The position numbers were made by a program, and so were the translations under genes. Below, one piece after another: positions 1 through 10,295 of a stretch of 64,000 nucleotides of DNA (positions are counted from its first letter, which is position 1; the number at the start of each line of letters is the position of its first letter). The notes beneath the pieces are model-generated. The model searched no databases. It was not told where the DNA came from and saw nothing but the letters and a program-made list of their open reading frames with translations. Source of the DNA: Selaginella moellendorffii (taxonomy: Eukaryota > Plantae > Lycopodiophyta); assembly GCF_000143415.4 (NCBI RefSeq), contig NW_003314326.1, forward strand, positions 941,609 to 1,005,608, in the 5' to 3' direction.

Positions 1-164
1 TATTTAATACAATAAAATAACTGTACTTTTAATATGAGGTAAAGATGTTTTGAAGTTTTATTCAGATATACCATGTCTAGAAATTTTTCTCAATCTCTTA
101 TTGAGATTAGTATGGAAAAAATGTCAATTTATTTACATATAATTTCCACTTATGAGTATTATTA

Positions 165-168
<4 letters not shown>

Positions 169-205
<37 letters not shown>
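169..205. repeat. (TA)n microsatellite
   Basis: Uninterrupted TA run visible in the sequence. Confidence 0.95.
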
Positions 206-208
<3 letters not shown>

Positions 209-626
209 TAATAATTGTTGAGTGTGCCACCTCAAGAAAGTTGCCGAAGACCTCTCAACCTGATTCTCTGTTGATGATGACTATCTGCTCATCACAGGAA
301 TTAGAAGCTAAAACTCTCTAGATGGATTCAGGGACTTCAATGCACATCGCAGCTCTCAGGTCTGCCTTCCACACTTACACAGCGTTGAAGACCTTGAAAT
401 AAGTGTACATGGGGAACAAGAGAGGCCTCATAGTTTTTGGGCATGGAATAGTGGTCATCAAGCTTCCGGATAGCTCACGCAAATGCCTCGAGAGGATGTT
501 CAGTAGCTGGTCAAATAGTTCTTTCTGTTGGCATAGCATCAGACCCAGGCTTCTCAACTTTCTTCTTCGCTACTAGCTGCACCATCTTTGGAACAGATGG
601 TGATCTAGTGGCTAACGGCATCTGGT

Positions 627-930
627 ATGACACTCTACCATCTTAATGTAGAATTGGTGTTTCCTTCAGCTTTTGAGAGGCAGCTCCTCCCTCAGCAAAA
701 TGGCGTTGCCGAGCACGCCAATAGAACTCTTGAGGAGAACACACGCTGTATGCTTCAACACTCTGAACTTTCTCATGTGTCTGGGGAGAAGCGCATAAAA
801 TTTTGGGTGTGTGGCATATGCCCACATTCCTGATGTACACAAGAAACTTGATCCCAAGAGAAGGAAATGCTTCTTCCTGGGGTACCATGATTAGATGAAG
901 GCTTACAAGCTTTACAACTTTGATTGCCAA
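627..930 (+). mobile_element. Degenerate Ty1/Copia integrase remnant
   Basis: PQQNGVAEHANRTLEENTRCML integrase core motif, then KKLDPKRRKCFFLGY in another frame; stops and frameshifts present. Confidence 0.8.
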
Positions 931-1329
931 AAGCTCATGAGCCCAATGGCAAGGTATAACTTGGGGATCAATCAAGGAAAAATCCCTTGTGAAATTTGAG
1001 ATCAAATTTGATGAAGAAAGATTAAGATCTCTCTAGGCTGTCGAAGTTATACAAGGTTGTGAATGAGAAATTCCTGATTAGAAACCAAATTCTTTACTTT
1101 CAAGGAAATGTTCAAAATCTTGGCCCAGAAATGTAACAAAGCTTTGATGAAATTCGTCAGGGTATATGAACAAAGTACCCCACTGCCTCTTTCTCATTTT
1201 GACTAGGTGGTGGATCTTTCACTTATCTTGGACGACATTCCTGAGCCCCTAGCACTGCCCATTTCCCTAGTAATCAAGGAGGGGTCCTTATCAATCCAGC
1301 CGCCATACCTAGTGGCTTCGTCAGGATAT

Positions 1330-2180
1330 CGGCCACCATCGATTGGAAAAACACTCTGATTTCTTCCGGCCAGGAACATCTCGTCAATCTGCCACACCTG
1401 GATCGATCACTACTCCTGCAAGCCTACGCAATTCCACCAGAATCCACCCCACCGGAGTTCCAGACCGAGACTCTGCCCTCTCCCGACTCCAGCTATGTGG
1501 AGTGAGTATTCCTCTCCTTCATAAGCAGCAGCATTCGATCGCTGCTAGAGAGCGAAAACACCGCGGCTTGATTCGAAATGCTGGCAGCTCACCTCTGGAT
1601 CGCGATCACCTGCGCTAGAACCGACCTCTCGGTTCTTCAACCGCATGAAGAAACAAAGCAAGGGTTCGCGGTGGATGGGAGAAAACATTTCTTTCCTCGG
1701 CTTTCCAATGGATTTCATGGTAATGTAATCTTTGTTGCAACCGCTTCCTCCACCGTTGAGCAGCTGCTGGCAGGACCGATTGACCGTGCTGTGAATATCA
1801 TCCAAGAAGCCAAGGGCAAGATCACGCACCAACACATGCTATCCACAGTGGCATGGATTGCATCTGGCGAGAGCCCGCTAGAGATCTCGCTCTCCTTCCA
1901 CCGCTCGGATCTCATGATCTCGAGCTGGCAGCGATTGGAGATGGCTGGCACGGATTTCGGAAGCGGCAAGCCGGCATTCGTTAGAACCAATGGAATTCCA
2001 TGGGCTGGAGCAGCCACCGTTTGTCCCGAGCTCGAGGGAAACAACGCCTTGTCGTCAACACAATGCTCAAGCACGACCTGTTCTTTGCAGAGATCCCAGA
2101 CTCCTCCCGCGTAAGACGTGGCACAATAGCAAATAAAGCATATTCCCCCATCGTCAAGAATATTTTCGAGCAATAATAAC
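1330..2180 (+). pseudogene. 5'-truncated BAHD acyltransferase pseudogene
   Basis: LAAHLWIAITCAR, VDGRKH...FHGNVI and SSWQRL...DFGSGKP (DFGWG-type motif). The upstream part is frameshifted with stops, and no HXXXD-containing N-terminal half is seen. Confidence 0.75.
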
Positions 2181-2321
2181 AATAGCGAGGACAAAAATCT
2201 CGATCAGCAATGAAAATAACTTCCAAAGTCCAATGAGAGATCATAGCAGCCACCAGCCCGGCGCACGCATCGACACTGAGATTAACTGAATATTTTAAGA
2301 ATATTGGCTGTTTGACTGCTA

Positions 2322-3515
2322 CTATGACTCCGTCCAGTTTTTCAAATTTCCCTTGGGATTGATTGTCGAGGGGCGATCCCGAACGAGCACGTATTCAAAA
2401 CATGCCACTGCAAAAAGAATAGAGAAAGATTCAGACAAGATTCCTTGCCGCTACGAGAACTTGAGAGAATTTTCTTACCGCAACCAATGGTTCTTTCTTG
2501 GAATGCAAAGCTATATCCCATTGCGTCAATGTCTCTCACCAAATCGATGATAGTTTTCACCCAATCTTTGGAGTGCTTGCTCGTTCTTGGATACTCCCAA
2601 GTGTGGAGCTCCACTAGAATATGATCCGGGAGAAATTCCTAGCGATTCGGGTAAAAAGACTTGAAAGAAAAGGAGGGATTGTGGGATACCTCAGGTGCTC
2701 ACTTCAAGCTCTCGAAAACTTCATACTCTCCATGCTCGATATCCATCTTGAGCAAGGTCAAGCCCGACACACCGAGCTCTCGGACGATGGTATTCAATCG
2801 CTTGAAAGTTTTTCCACTCTCATCGATTCGATCCTCGCCACCAAGGCACCAGGTATGGAATTGCGTGTGAGGGTTAGACCACTCGCCAGTGCAATCGAAA
2901 GTGTGGATCTCACACTGCCCCGGCCCGGTGCTACGGACGATCGCCTCCTCGAAGTCGAATTGATTGTTGCTCCCCATGGAGAAGACGACGCATTTGGATC
3001 CAGTGACGCGAATTGGGCCACAGATCCACTTGCCGCCATCGTTGGGCCCTCCAATCCGGCGCAGGTGTTGGAATCGCAGCCATAGGTGGGCGTGATGAGA
3101 TCGAAGATCTGCCAGTGTTGCTGGGGCTGGAATCGCTCCAGATGGCTGGTGGGCATGGCGTAGATCCTGTCCAGCACAGCCAGGAATTGGCGGCGGCGAA
3201 GATCGTTCCAGCATTCTTGAATCGTTTCGCCGTTTGAAGAAGGGGGCAGCGTGAGGCAATCGATGTCGGCGAGCTTCCCGAGCTGCTTGGTCGATCCGGT
3301 TCGATCGTTGGAGAGCTTGATCATCGAAATCTTGGCTTCGAGCTTGATCCGGCTCGATCTGGAGAGGATCCAAGTGGGCTCATAGGGGAATGGGCGACGG
3401 TGATGGACCTCCTGCTACCGCGGCAGATCGAGACAAGCGCCGTGAGCAGCAAGCTGCCCGAGATCGAGGTAACGAGCAGCATCAGCCATGATCGCATCGA
3501 TCGAATCTGGGGCAT
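2322..3515 (-). pseudogene. Methyltransf_22/METTL24-like type II membrane methyltransferase, disrupted
   Basis: N-terminal TM anchor; FDLITPTYGC, RIGGPNDGGKWIC, VFSMGSNNQFDFE, LLKMDIEHGEY, LPDHILVELH. Predicted 50-nt intron 3359-3408; 1-nt frameshift near 3065; in-frame TGA at 2699-2701. Confidence 0.75.
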
Positions 3516-3839
3516 TTCTTTGCCTACGATCCGGAAGCTCGCTGGAGTGATCAACACAGTTATATAACTACACAAAAGCAGAGAATATACTCCTCTCACT
3601 TATCAGAGTAAAAGACGAAGGTAAATTTCTTGCATCGAGTGGAGACCAGGGAAACCGTGAAAGTCGAGAAATGGGAATGAAAACGCTGGTGGATGGGCGA
3701 CGAAGATCAAACGGGTAAAAATCTTTGGCGCGAAGAACATCCATTTCGCCCTAAATTTTGAAATCGCACTGGCGGTTAAGAGCCTTATCCATTTTAAAAA
3801 ATTTTCCCACTCTTTTTATTTTTTCCTAGTCCAAGGAGA

Positions 3840-5160
3840 ATGGAGCTCCTCTCGCGAGCGCTGCTGATCTTGCTCGCGATGCTCCTCTTGCTGCTCGCGC
3901 TGGAGTGGAATCTCGACTGGAAGCATCTCGGATCGGCGCCGGGCGGCCACTACTGCATCGAGGAGAAGCTCGCGGCGGCGGGACGCGATTCTTCCTGGGA
4001 TTTCGGGCTGCTCGGCGTGCCGCACTGCAAGTAAGCGCCGGGATCGTGACCGATCCGGTCGAAATCCTTGATAATCTCGCTCCATCGATCGCATCTATAG
4101 GTCCAAGAAAGAAGTGGCATGGAGCAAGAGCGAGCTTCTCTTGGCGCTCAGGGATTTCATCCCCCTCTACGAGTCGCGGCCGATCAAGCAGTACCAGAGG
4201 GGAGTCTTGGGGCTGGATCATTCCTTCGGCCTCTGGTTCTTGGCGCGGCGGCTCCAGCCGGAGAGTATCATCGAGAGCGGCGGGCACCGGGGCCACTCGA
4301 CGTGGATCCTGCGCCGGGCCGTGCCAGATGCACGGATCATCGCGCTGGGCACGGAGCATCCATCATACGTCCACGCCAACACGATCTACGTGACGAGAGA
4401 CAACGATTTCGGGAATCTCGACTGGGACAATCTTCTCAATCCAAGCGTCCGCAAGACCAAGATCCTGCTCGTCTTCGATGATCACCAGAACCAATTCAAG
4501 AGGTATGCCAGTCGTGTCTTCCCTCTGATTCTCGCTTTCCTTCTACTATAGAGTGCTCCAAGCGAAGAACGCTGGCTTCCAGCATCTCATCTTTGCGAAT
4601 AACTCCGACACTGGCTCCGGGGAGGCGTACTCTCTCCGACAAGTCTGCGACCAGCAAAGCACGGGTAACCAGCAAATCCATCGATCATTCCATCGTTCTT
4701 ACTTTTGCTTCTTGTGATCACACCGGACGATCGTCACGATCATCCAGGTGGTGGCCACAATTGCTCGATCGACAGCCGCGAGGCCGCAGCGAGATCCCAG
4801 CGCAAGAAATCCTGGGACCGTGCCATCGAGATCTCGGAGATTTGCAGCAGCAAAGGAGAGTGGTGGGGTGTCCGGGGCCAGATGCGCGACAAGCCCGATC
4901 GCGCCAGCGTCTACATCACTCACCGGGATCATGCCAGCAACCACGGGATCTTCGAATCCATGCTACAGACTTACTGGGAGCTCCCGCCAGTGGCAAGCCC
5001 CGGATTGAGCAAGCAGCGCTCATACGATCCCGCGAGAACTCCGCCGCCACTCCTGGGTGACGAGGACAGCGTAGTGTTCGACGCCATGGGCCTCTCCCAG
5101 CTCGAGCCATGGCAGTTTGGCGATTACTCCCAGCTGGTCTACGTCCGCCTCGATGGATGA
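3840..5160 (+). CDS. Plant-conserved uncharacterised type II membrane protein (At3g16200-like), probable SAM-methyltransferase fold; 4 exons
   Basis: Signal anchor; FIPLYESRPIK...DHSFGLWFLARRLQPESIIESGGHRGHSTW, VFDDHQNQFKR and YWELPPVA motifs; GT-AG introns. Confidence 0.75.
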
Positions 5161-5231
5161 TGGATGATCCAAGCAGTTCAGCCAGCCAGATTTTCTCGTC
5201 GATCGCAACCCAGGGAGAGCTACCGGATCAC

Positions 5232-6025
5232 TCACTTGAGGGGGCAGTAGAGATCGATCCAAGACTTGGGCGAGTAGCCTCGTTTCATCTTCTTGATCTC
5301 CAGCGACGATGGATACGCCTGCTTCTCCACCAGTTCACCATCGCCATCGATCACTGGGACGAGCAGCTCCTTCGAGAAGCGGCGGTAGATCACCTGGGGG
5401 TGCTCGTCATACTTCTTGGACAGCGTGAAGAGGCACGAGAAGCGGAGGTGGTAGTCCACGTATGGCTTGATCTCCTGGAAGTTGTCGCAGCACTGGAAGT
5501 AATCCAAGATCCCCCGCGCGACGTGAGCGTAGTAGTCCACAATCTCCTCGTCCTCCAGCTCCAGGAAATCCCAGCTCGCCTCGGCTCTTCCCAGGGTGTT
5601 GGCGAAGCCATAGCTGAAGAGGAGATCGTAGAGCTCTCTCTTGCCCGCGATGATCTTGGGCTTGCTACACTTGTAGAGCCGCGGCATTCGCTTCTCCAGA
5701 TCCTCGTCCTCGTCCACCGCCGCCAGGTTCCTGTGCCGCCGCCGCCGCTGCTCCTCCCGGATCCCCGCGTCTTCGTCCTCCTCCGCCAGCGCCGATTCTC
5801 GCGATTTCTGGTGCCGCCATTTCTGGATCCGGGTGTGCCCTTGCAGCCGCTGGAATCACAATCGATGAAATGAAAGAAAATGCGAGGAAATATTTCTTGA
5901 TCGCCACTCACCTCCCAGTAGCCCATGCCAGATTCTCGACCCGGCGCTGCGAATGTGGCCTCCAAATTCGCCAGGTATCCTCCCCGCCGCGCCTTGCCGC
6001 CCTGGATCGCAGCCTTGAACCACAT
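5232..6025 (-). CDS. Stand-alone group II intron maturase domain-X protein, about 243 aa, 2 exons (intron 5850-5911)
   Basis: Splicing GAG|gtgagt...tccag|CGG joins exon 1 in frame to the 5232-5717 ORF. EIVDYYAHVARGILDYFQCCDNFQEIKPYVDYHLRFSCLFTLSKKY resembles the domain X signature; no RT domain is present. Confidence 0.7.
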
Positions 6026-6131
6026 CGATCAATCGATCGATCGTCCAAGAACCCTAAATCTTTTGCTTAAACCCTTTCTCTGTCCCCAAGAACCCTAGAA
6101 ATATTTTGGGGCGCGCGGAGGCGGAGAAGCC
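6026..6131. promoter_or_regulatory. 106-bp bidirectional promoter with telo-box-like motifs
   Basis: AACCCTAA, AAACCCT and AACCCTAG lie between the divergent ATGs at 6025 and 6132. Confidence 0.55.
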
Positions 6132-6789
6132 ATGGCTCCCGCGCTCGATGTGTCCGTTTCCTTCGACAATGTCCGCGACAAGAACATGATGCTGCTCAAG
6201 AAGCTCAATGCCGCGATCTTCCCTGTCAAGTATCAAGACAACTACTACACGGACGCGCTCGCGTCCGGCGATTTCACCAAGCTAGGTAAGCCTCCAAATC
6301 TCTTCTTTGGAGCTCTTCGACTAGATTCCTCTCGTTCTCTTTGGAATCATCGCAATTTTCTCCTACTTGCAGCGTACTATGGCGATATTTGCGTTGGAAA
6401 CATTGCCTGTCGCGTGGAGAAGAAAGAAAGCGAAACGAAGATCTACATTATGACGCTGGGAGTTCTCGCTCCATACAGGAACCTGGGAATTGGTAAGATA
6501 GGAAGGATTTCCAAATTTCTTCTCTCTTTTCTCACTCTGGTAGCTCATGAATTTCTTCGTTTTCGTGTGAGATCCAGGAACCAAGCTGCTAAATTCCGTG
6601 CTGGATTTGTGTCAGCAAGACCCCAAGATCGTAGAGATCTACTTGCACGTCCAGATCAACAACGAGGAAGGCATCAACTTCTACCAGCGAGCCGGCTTCC
6701 AAATCGTGGACACGATCCAAAACTACTACAACCGGATCGACCCGCCGCACTGCCATGTCCTCTCCAAGAGCTTCGCGAAATCGAGCTAG
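6132..6789 (+). CDS. NAA50: N-alpha-acetyltransferase 50; 3 exons
   Basis: LKKLNAAIFPVKY, IYIMTLGVLAPYRNLGIG, IYLHVQINNEEGINFY, YYNRIDPP; two GT-AG introns. Confidence 0.93.
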
Positions 6790-7410
6790 CTAGCAACCTG
6801 TGAGAAAAGAGAAAAGATCACCCCATCAGAGGCACAAGGAGAAAAACGAGGTGAAAGTTTTGTTTGACACTCACGAGCTCTTGATCGGTATTCCTGGAGA
6901 TGACTCCGATTCTTCGCTTGTCCTGGCGGCTCAAGCTAAACGCCACCACTCCTCCGCCACAAATCGCGAAGGCGATGGTGGCGAACACTCCCACCGTCAC
7001 AGGCCGGCTAAACACCGTCCGCATGATCGGCATTTGCTCCGAGCGATTCGCCTGGCGGTAGCCAAACGATCGCAACCTCTCCTCCGCCTCGCCGCCGCCA
7101 CCTCCGCCGCCGCTAGCAAAGTGGCTCGTGTTGATCTGGAGCTCCTCCTGTGGAGCCCTGTTTATAATTCGCTGGTACGCGGCCGAGAGGCGCTGGAATT
7201 CTCCGTGATTGTTGGGGCTCAAATCGGGATGGCTGCGAAAGAAAGAGAGAGAGATAGAGAAGAATGGATTACTCCGCTCCACCAGAAGAAAAAACTCTAC
7301 CATTTCAAAGCTAAGCGCCTGTACGCCGCCTTGACCTCGCTCGCGCTCGCGCTCGGGGTCAATCCCAGCGCCTTGTACGCTGATCCCAGAGAGACACCCG
7401 CCTGATCCAT
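6786..7410 (-). CDS. Small J-domain (DnaJ type C) protein with C-terminal TM helix; 3 exons
   Basis: MDQAGVSLGSAYKALGLTPSASASEVKAAYRRLALK spliced to CHPD...EFQRLSAAYQRI; hydrophobic tail; predicted last exon VAS*. Confidence 0.8.
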
Positions 7411-7671
7411 AGAAAATCAAAATCTAGGTCGGCATTTTCTTCCACATTAGAGATTTAGGGTTCTTCGGAAACTTCTTCCGTACAACATCATGCGTATTTG
7501 CCGTACATAGCTCCAATGGGTTTTTATTGACGAAGAAAAATTCACAAATGCCGATCTGAGCCAAGTCCTCGAAAAAGCTTTAAAGAAAGAAAAAAATTTA
7601 CCCAGTTCGAGTCGCGGTTATTTTCTCGTGTCCATTTTTATTTCCTTCTTATCGCCATCGCCAGAGCTCCA

Positions 7672-10062
7672 CTATAGTAGCAAAGTCATGGGGTCCTCGA
7701 TGTAGCCTTTGAACGCACCGAGCCAGTGCGCTCCAATTGCGCCTGACGAAATAGATCAATCCCTCGCTCAGATCTTGTGAATCGAACCGAAAGAAGAAAA
7801 CGAAACTTACCATCCACAACTCTGTGATCACAGCTCAAAGTAGCAGACATGAATGTAGCCGCTGTGTACTCGCCATCGTTCTCACCAGGAATCACTCTCT
7901 TGTCAGCTACAAACAAAACGATCGAAGATATATCAAAGTTGGGAAATGGCGCCTGAGACGTTGAAAACTTACTCGTGCCGACGGCAAGAATGCACGACTG
8001 TGGCGGATTGATGATAGCACAAAATTGTTTGATACCAAATGGTCCACCCAAGTTCGAGACCGTGAACGTGCCACCCTGCGACACCAAGGGACTCATGAGC
8101 GTTTCAAGTATCATGCAAAGCAAACGCTTACATCGTAGTCACTAGGCTTCAGTGTGTTCTCCCTAGCCTTCTCCGCCAACGTTCTTACATCGTCCGAAAT
8201 AGCTCCCAACCCTTTCTTATCAGCATCCTGGAATGGCGAGTAGAATGAGAAAAAGAGTAGAGAAAACTAAAGCGCAGCTTACCTTTACAACTGGAACCAT
8301 CAAACCCCGCTCCGTTTGTACAGCAACGCTGATATTTATGTTGTGAAACCTGTAAAAACAGGAACAAAATGAGAAAAAAGAAATAGACCACCGGTAACGT
8401 TTGCACTTACTGCCTGATAAACTCGTCAGTCCACGAGCTATTACACTCTGGAACCTTCTTCAGCGCTAACGCCGCAGCCTAACATGAACTGCCTGATTAG
8501 CTGAGTGCAGGTAATACTACTGTGAAAAACTTACCTTCAAAACGAAATCGTTAACAGAAAGCTTTTTCCTTTTCTCCTTCTCCAGCTTGGCATTCAACTG
8601 AGTCCTTAGTCTGCATAAGCTCAGAGTATTAGCACCAAAAGGAAAAGAACAAAAAAGCGATCAGTAACGTACGCAAGGAGCTTGTCAACACGAACATCCA
8701 CGGTCAAATAATAATGTGGAATCGTTTGCTTTGATTGAAGAAGGCGTTGAGCAATGACCTGAAACAGATGGAAGTTTAAATTTTCTATAAAAGATACCAC
8801 TGTCGCTTACCCGTCTGATTTGTGTGTTTGGTAGATCCGTGTAGTCCAGCGAAGTAGAATCACCAGGCGTTTCAGCACGCCGAGGCTCTTGTACTTGCTG
8901 GCCACCTATAAAAACGACAATTAGAAGCTTTCCAATAGAACAAAATTGAATTTGTACTCACCTTTCAGGCCCTCTACATCCGCTCTGACGATCCGACCTC
9001 CAGGCCCCGTCCCCGCTACTCCTGATAGAGATATCTGAAAGATACCAATTAAGCAAGGAAAAGTGATACAACTTCTTACTTGGTTATCCTGAGCATACTT
9101 CCTAGCGTTGGGGCTGGCTATGATCCTATCACCAGATGCAGCTGGAGCAGGCTTGGGCGACGGAGCCGGTTTTGGGCTTTCTGTGGGTTTCGGTGGAGGA
9201 GGGCTTTCCTTGGGAGCGGGCTTCGGAGGTGCAGCAGGAGCGTCAGCTTTGTAGTCTTTAAACTTATCAATATCCCCTTGTTCTTCGACAGTTATGGCTA
9301 TAATCTGGATGTTTTGCAAAGGCGACTCGGCTCAAGCCAGAAAGACGGACCAAATCAGCATACCTGTCCAACTTTTATGTCTTTTGCACCGTCCGAAAAT
9401 ACGATCTTAGCCAAGTAGCCGTCTTCCATGCATTCCATGTCAACTGTTGCTTTATCCTGAAATTTGCTGGTCAGGCATTCCAGAAAACAATCATCCCAAT
9501 GAAAAGCTCTACCGTTTCAATTTCGCAAAGCACATCTCCGGCAGTAACCTTGTCACCCTCCTTTTTCTTCCATTTCACTATGTTTCCCTGTAAAGAAAAC
9601 AGCCGCCTTTTCATACAAAAAAGCGATGGAAAAGAAAAGGAAAAGCCTACACACCTGTGTCATGGTTGGAGAAAGAGACGGCATTCCAAGAGGCTGATGC
9701 GAAGGCACTAGACAGGAAAAAAAAACATGATCAGTCAAGCATAGAATCGAGAGAAAAAGGAGCATACTATCAGCGTAGAAACGCCTCGAAACGTACTGTC
9801 CAGGCGGACCAAATCTAAAAACCATAGTTGACCTGGGACAAGCAAGAAAAAGAGAATCGAGTCACCGATCGCATTGCAATCGAGCTAGATCTGACCCTCA
9901 CCTGAGATAATCCTGCGCCTCATGGTGATGATGTAACCACGAGGAGAAGCAGCGCATCCTCAATTCCCACACGCCGCCCTGATGCGATCCATTGGCCATA
10001 CAGCTGCAATGCGAGAGGAGCCTCCGGCGCCCCACACCAACGGCGGCGCGCATGAGCGCCAT
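7672..10062 (-). CDS. DLAT: Mitochondrial pyruvate dehydrogenase E2 (dihydrolipoamide acetyltransferase), multi-exon
   Basis: Arg-rich presequence; lipoyl domain MPSLSPTM...IETDKAT; Pro-rich linker; ASPNARK...GTGPGGRI binding domain; catalytic SCDHRVVDG; ends PMTLLL*. Confidence 0.93.
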
Positions 10063-10181
10063 CACCGCTGCGCTCTTCCCCAAACCCTAATCCTCCGATC
10101 GAAAGCGCCACAGCCTTGTTGCCTCTACTCGCGCATTTTCCTAAACCCTTCCACAAATCGCCGGATATAGCTTCCTCTTCC

Positions 10182-10206
10182 CTCTCTCTCTCTCTCTCTC
10201 TCTCTC
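10182..10206. repeat. (CT)n microsatellite in the DLAT/TEX10 divergent promoter
   Basis: Visible CT run. Confidence 0.9.
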
Positions 10207-10295
10207 CTCACACCTGTCCTGTCCTAAAAACCTAGTTTCTTGTCAAAACAGGGGAGCCCTAAACCCATTCTAGGGCTCTTGAGGGTTTTTGCGCC

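Noticed and set aside
2640-2690. Possible U12 GT-AG intron (GTATCC)
   Set aside because: Donor reads GTATCCCA rather than GTATCCTT, and there is no convincing branch site.
5109-5873. 254-aa + strand ORF
   Set aside because: Antisense shadow of the domain-X gene.
5232-6025. Domain-X sequence as an organellar DNA insertion
   Set aside because: It has a spliceosomal intron, GC-rich nuclear-style codons and no flanking group II intron or organellar sequence that I can recognise.
6800-7405. 201-aa + strand ORF and the unspliced 200-aa - strand ORF
   Set aside because: Explained by the spliced J-domain gene; both read through its introns.
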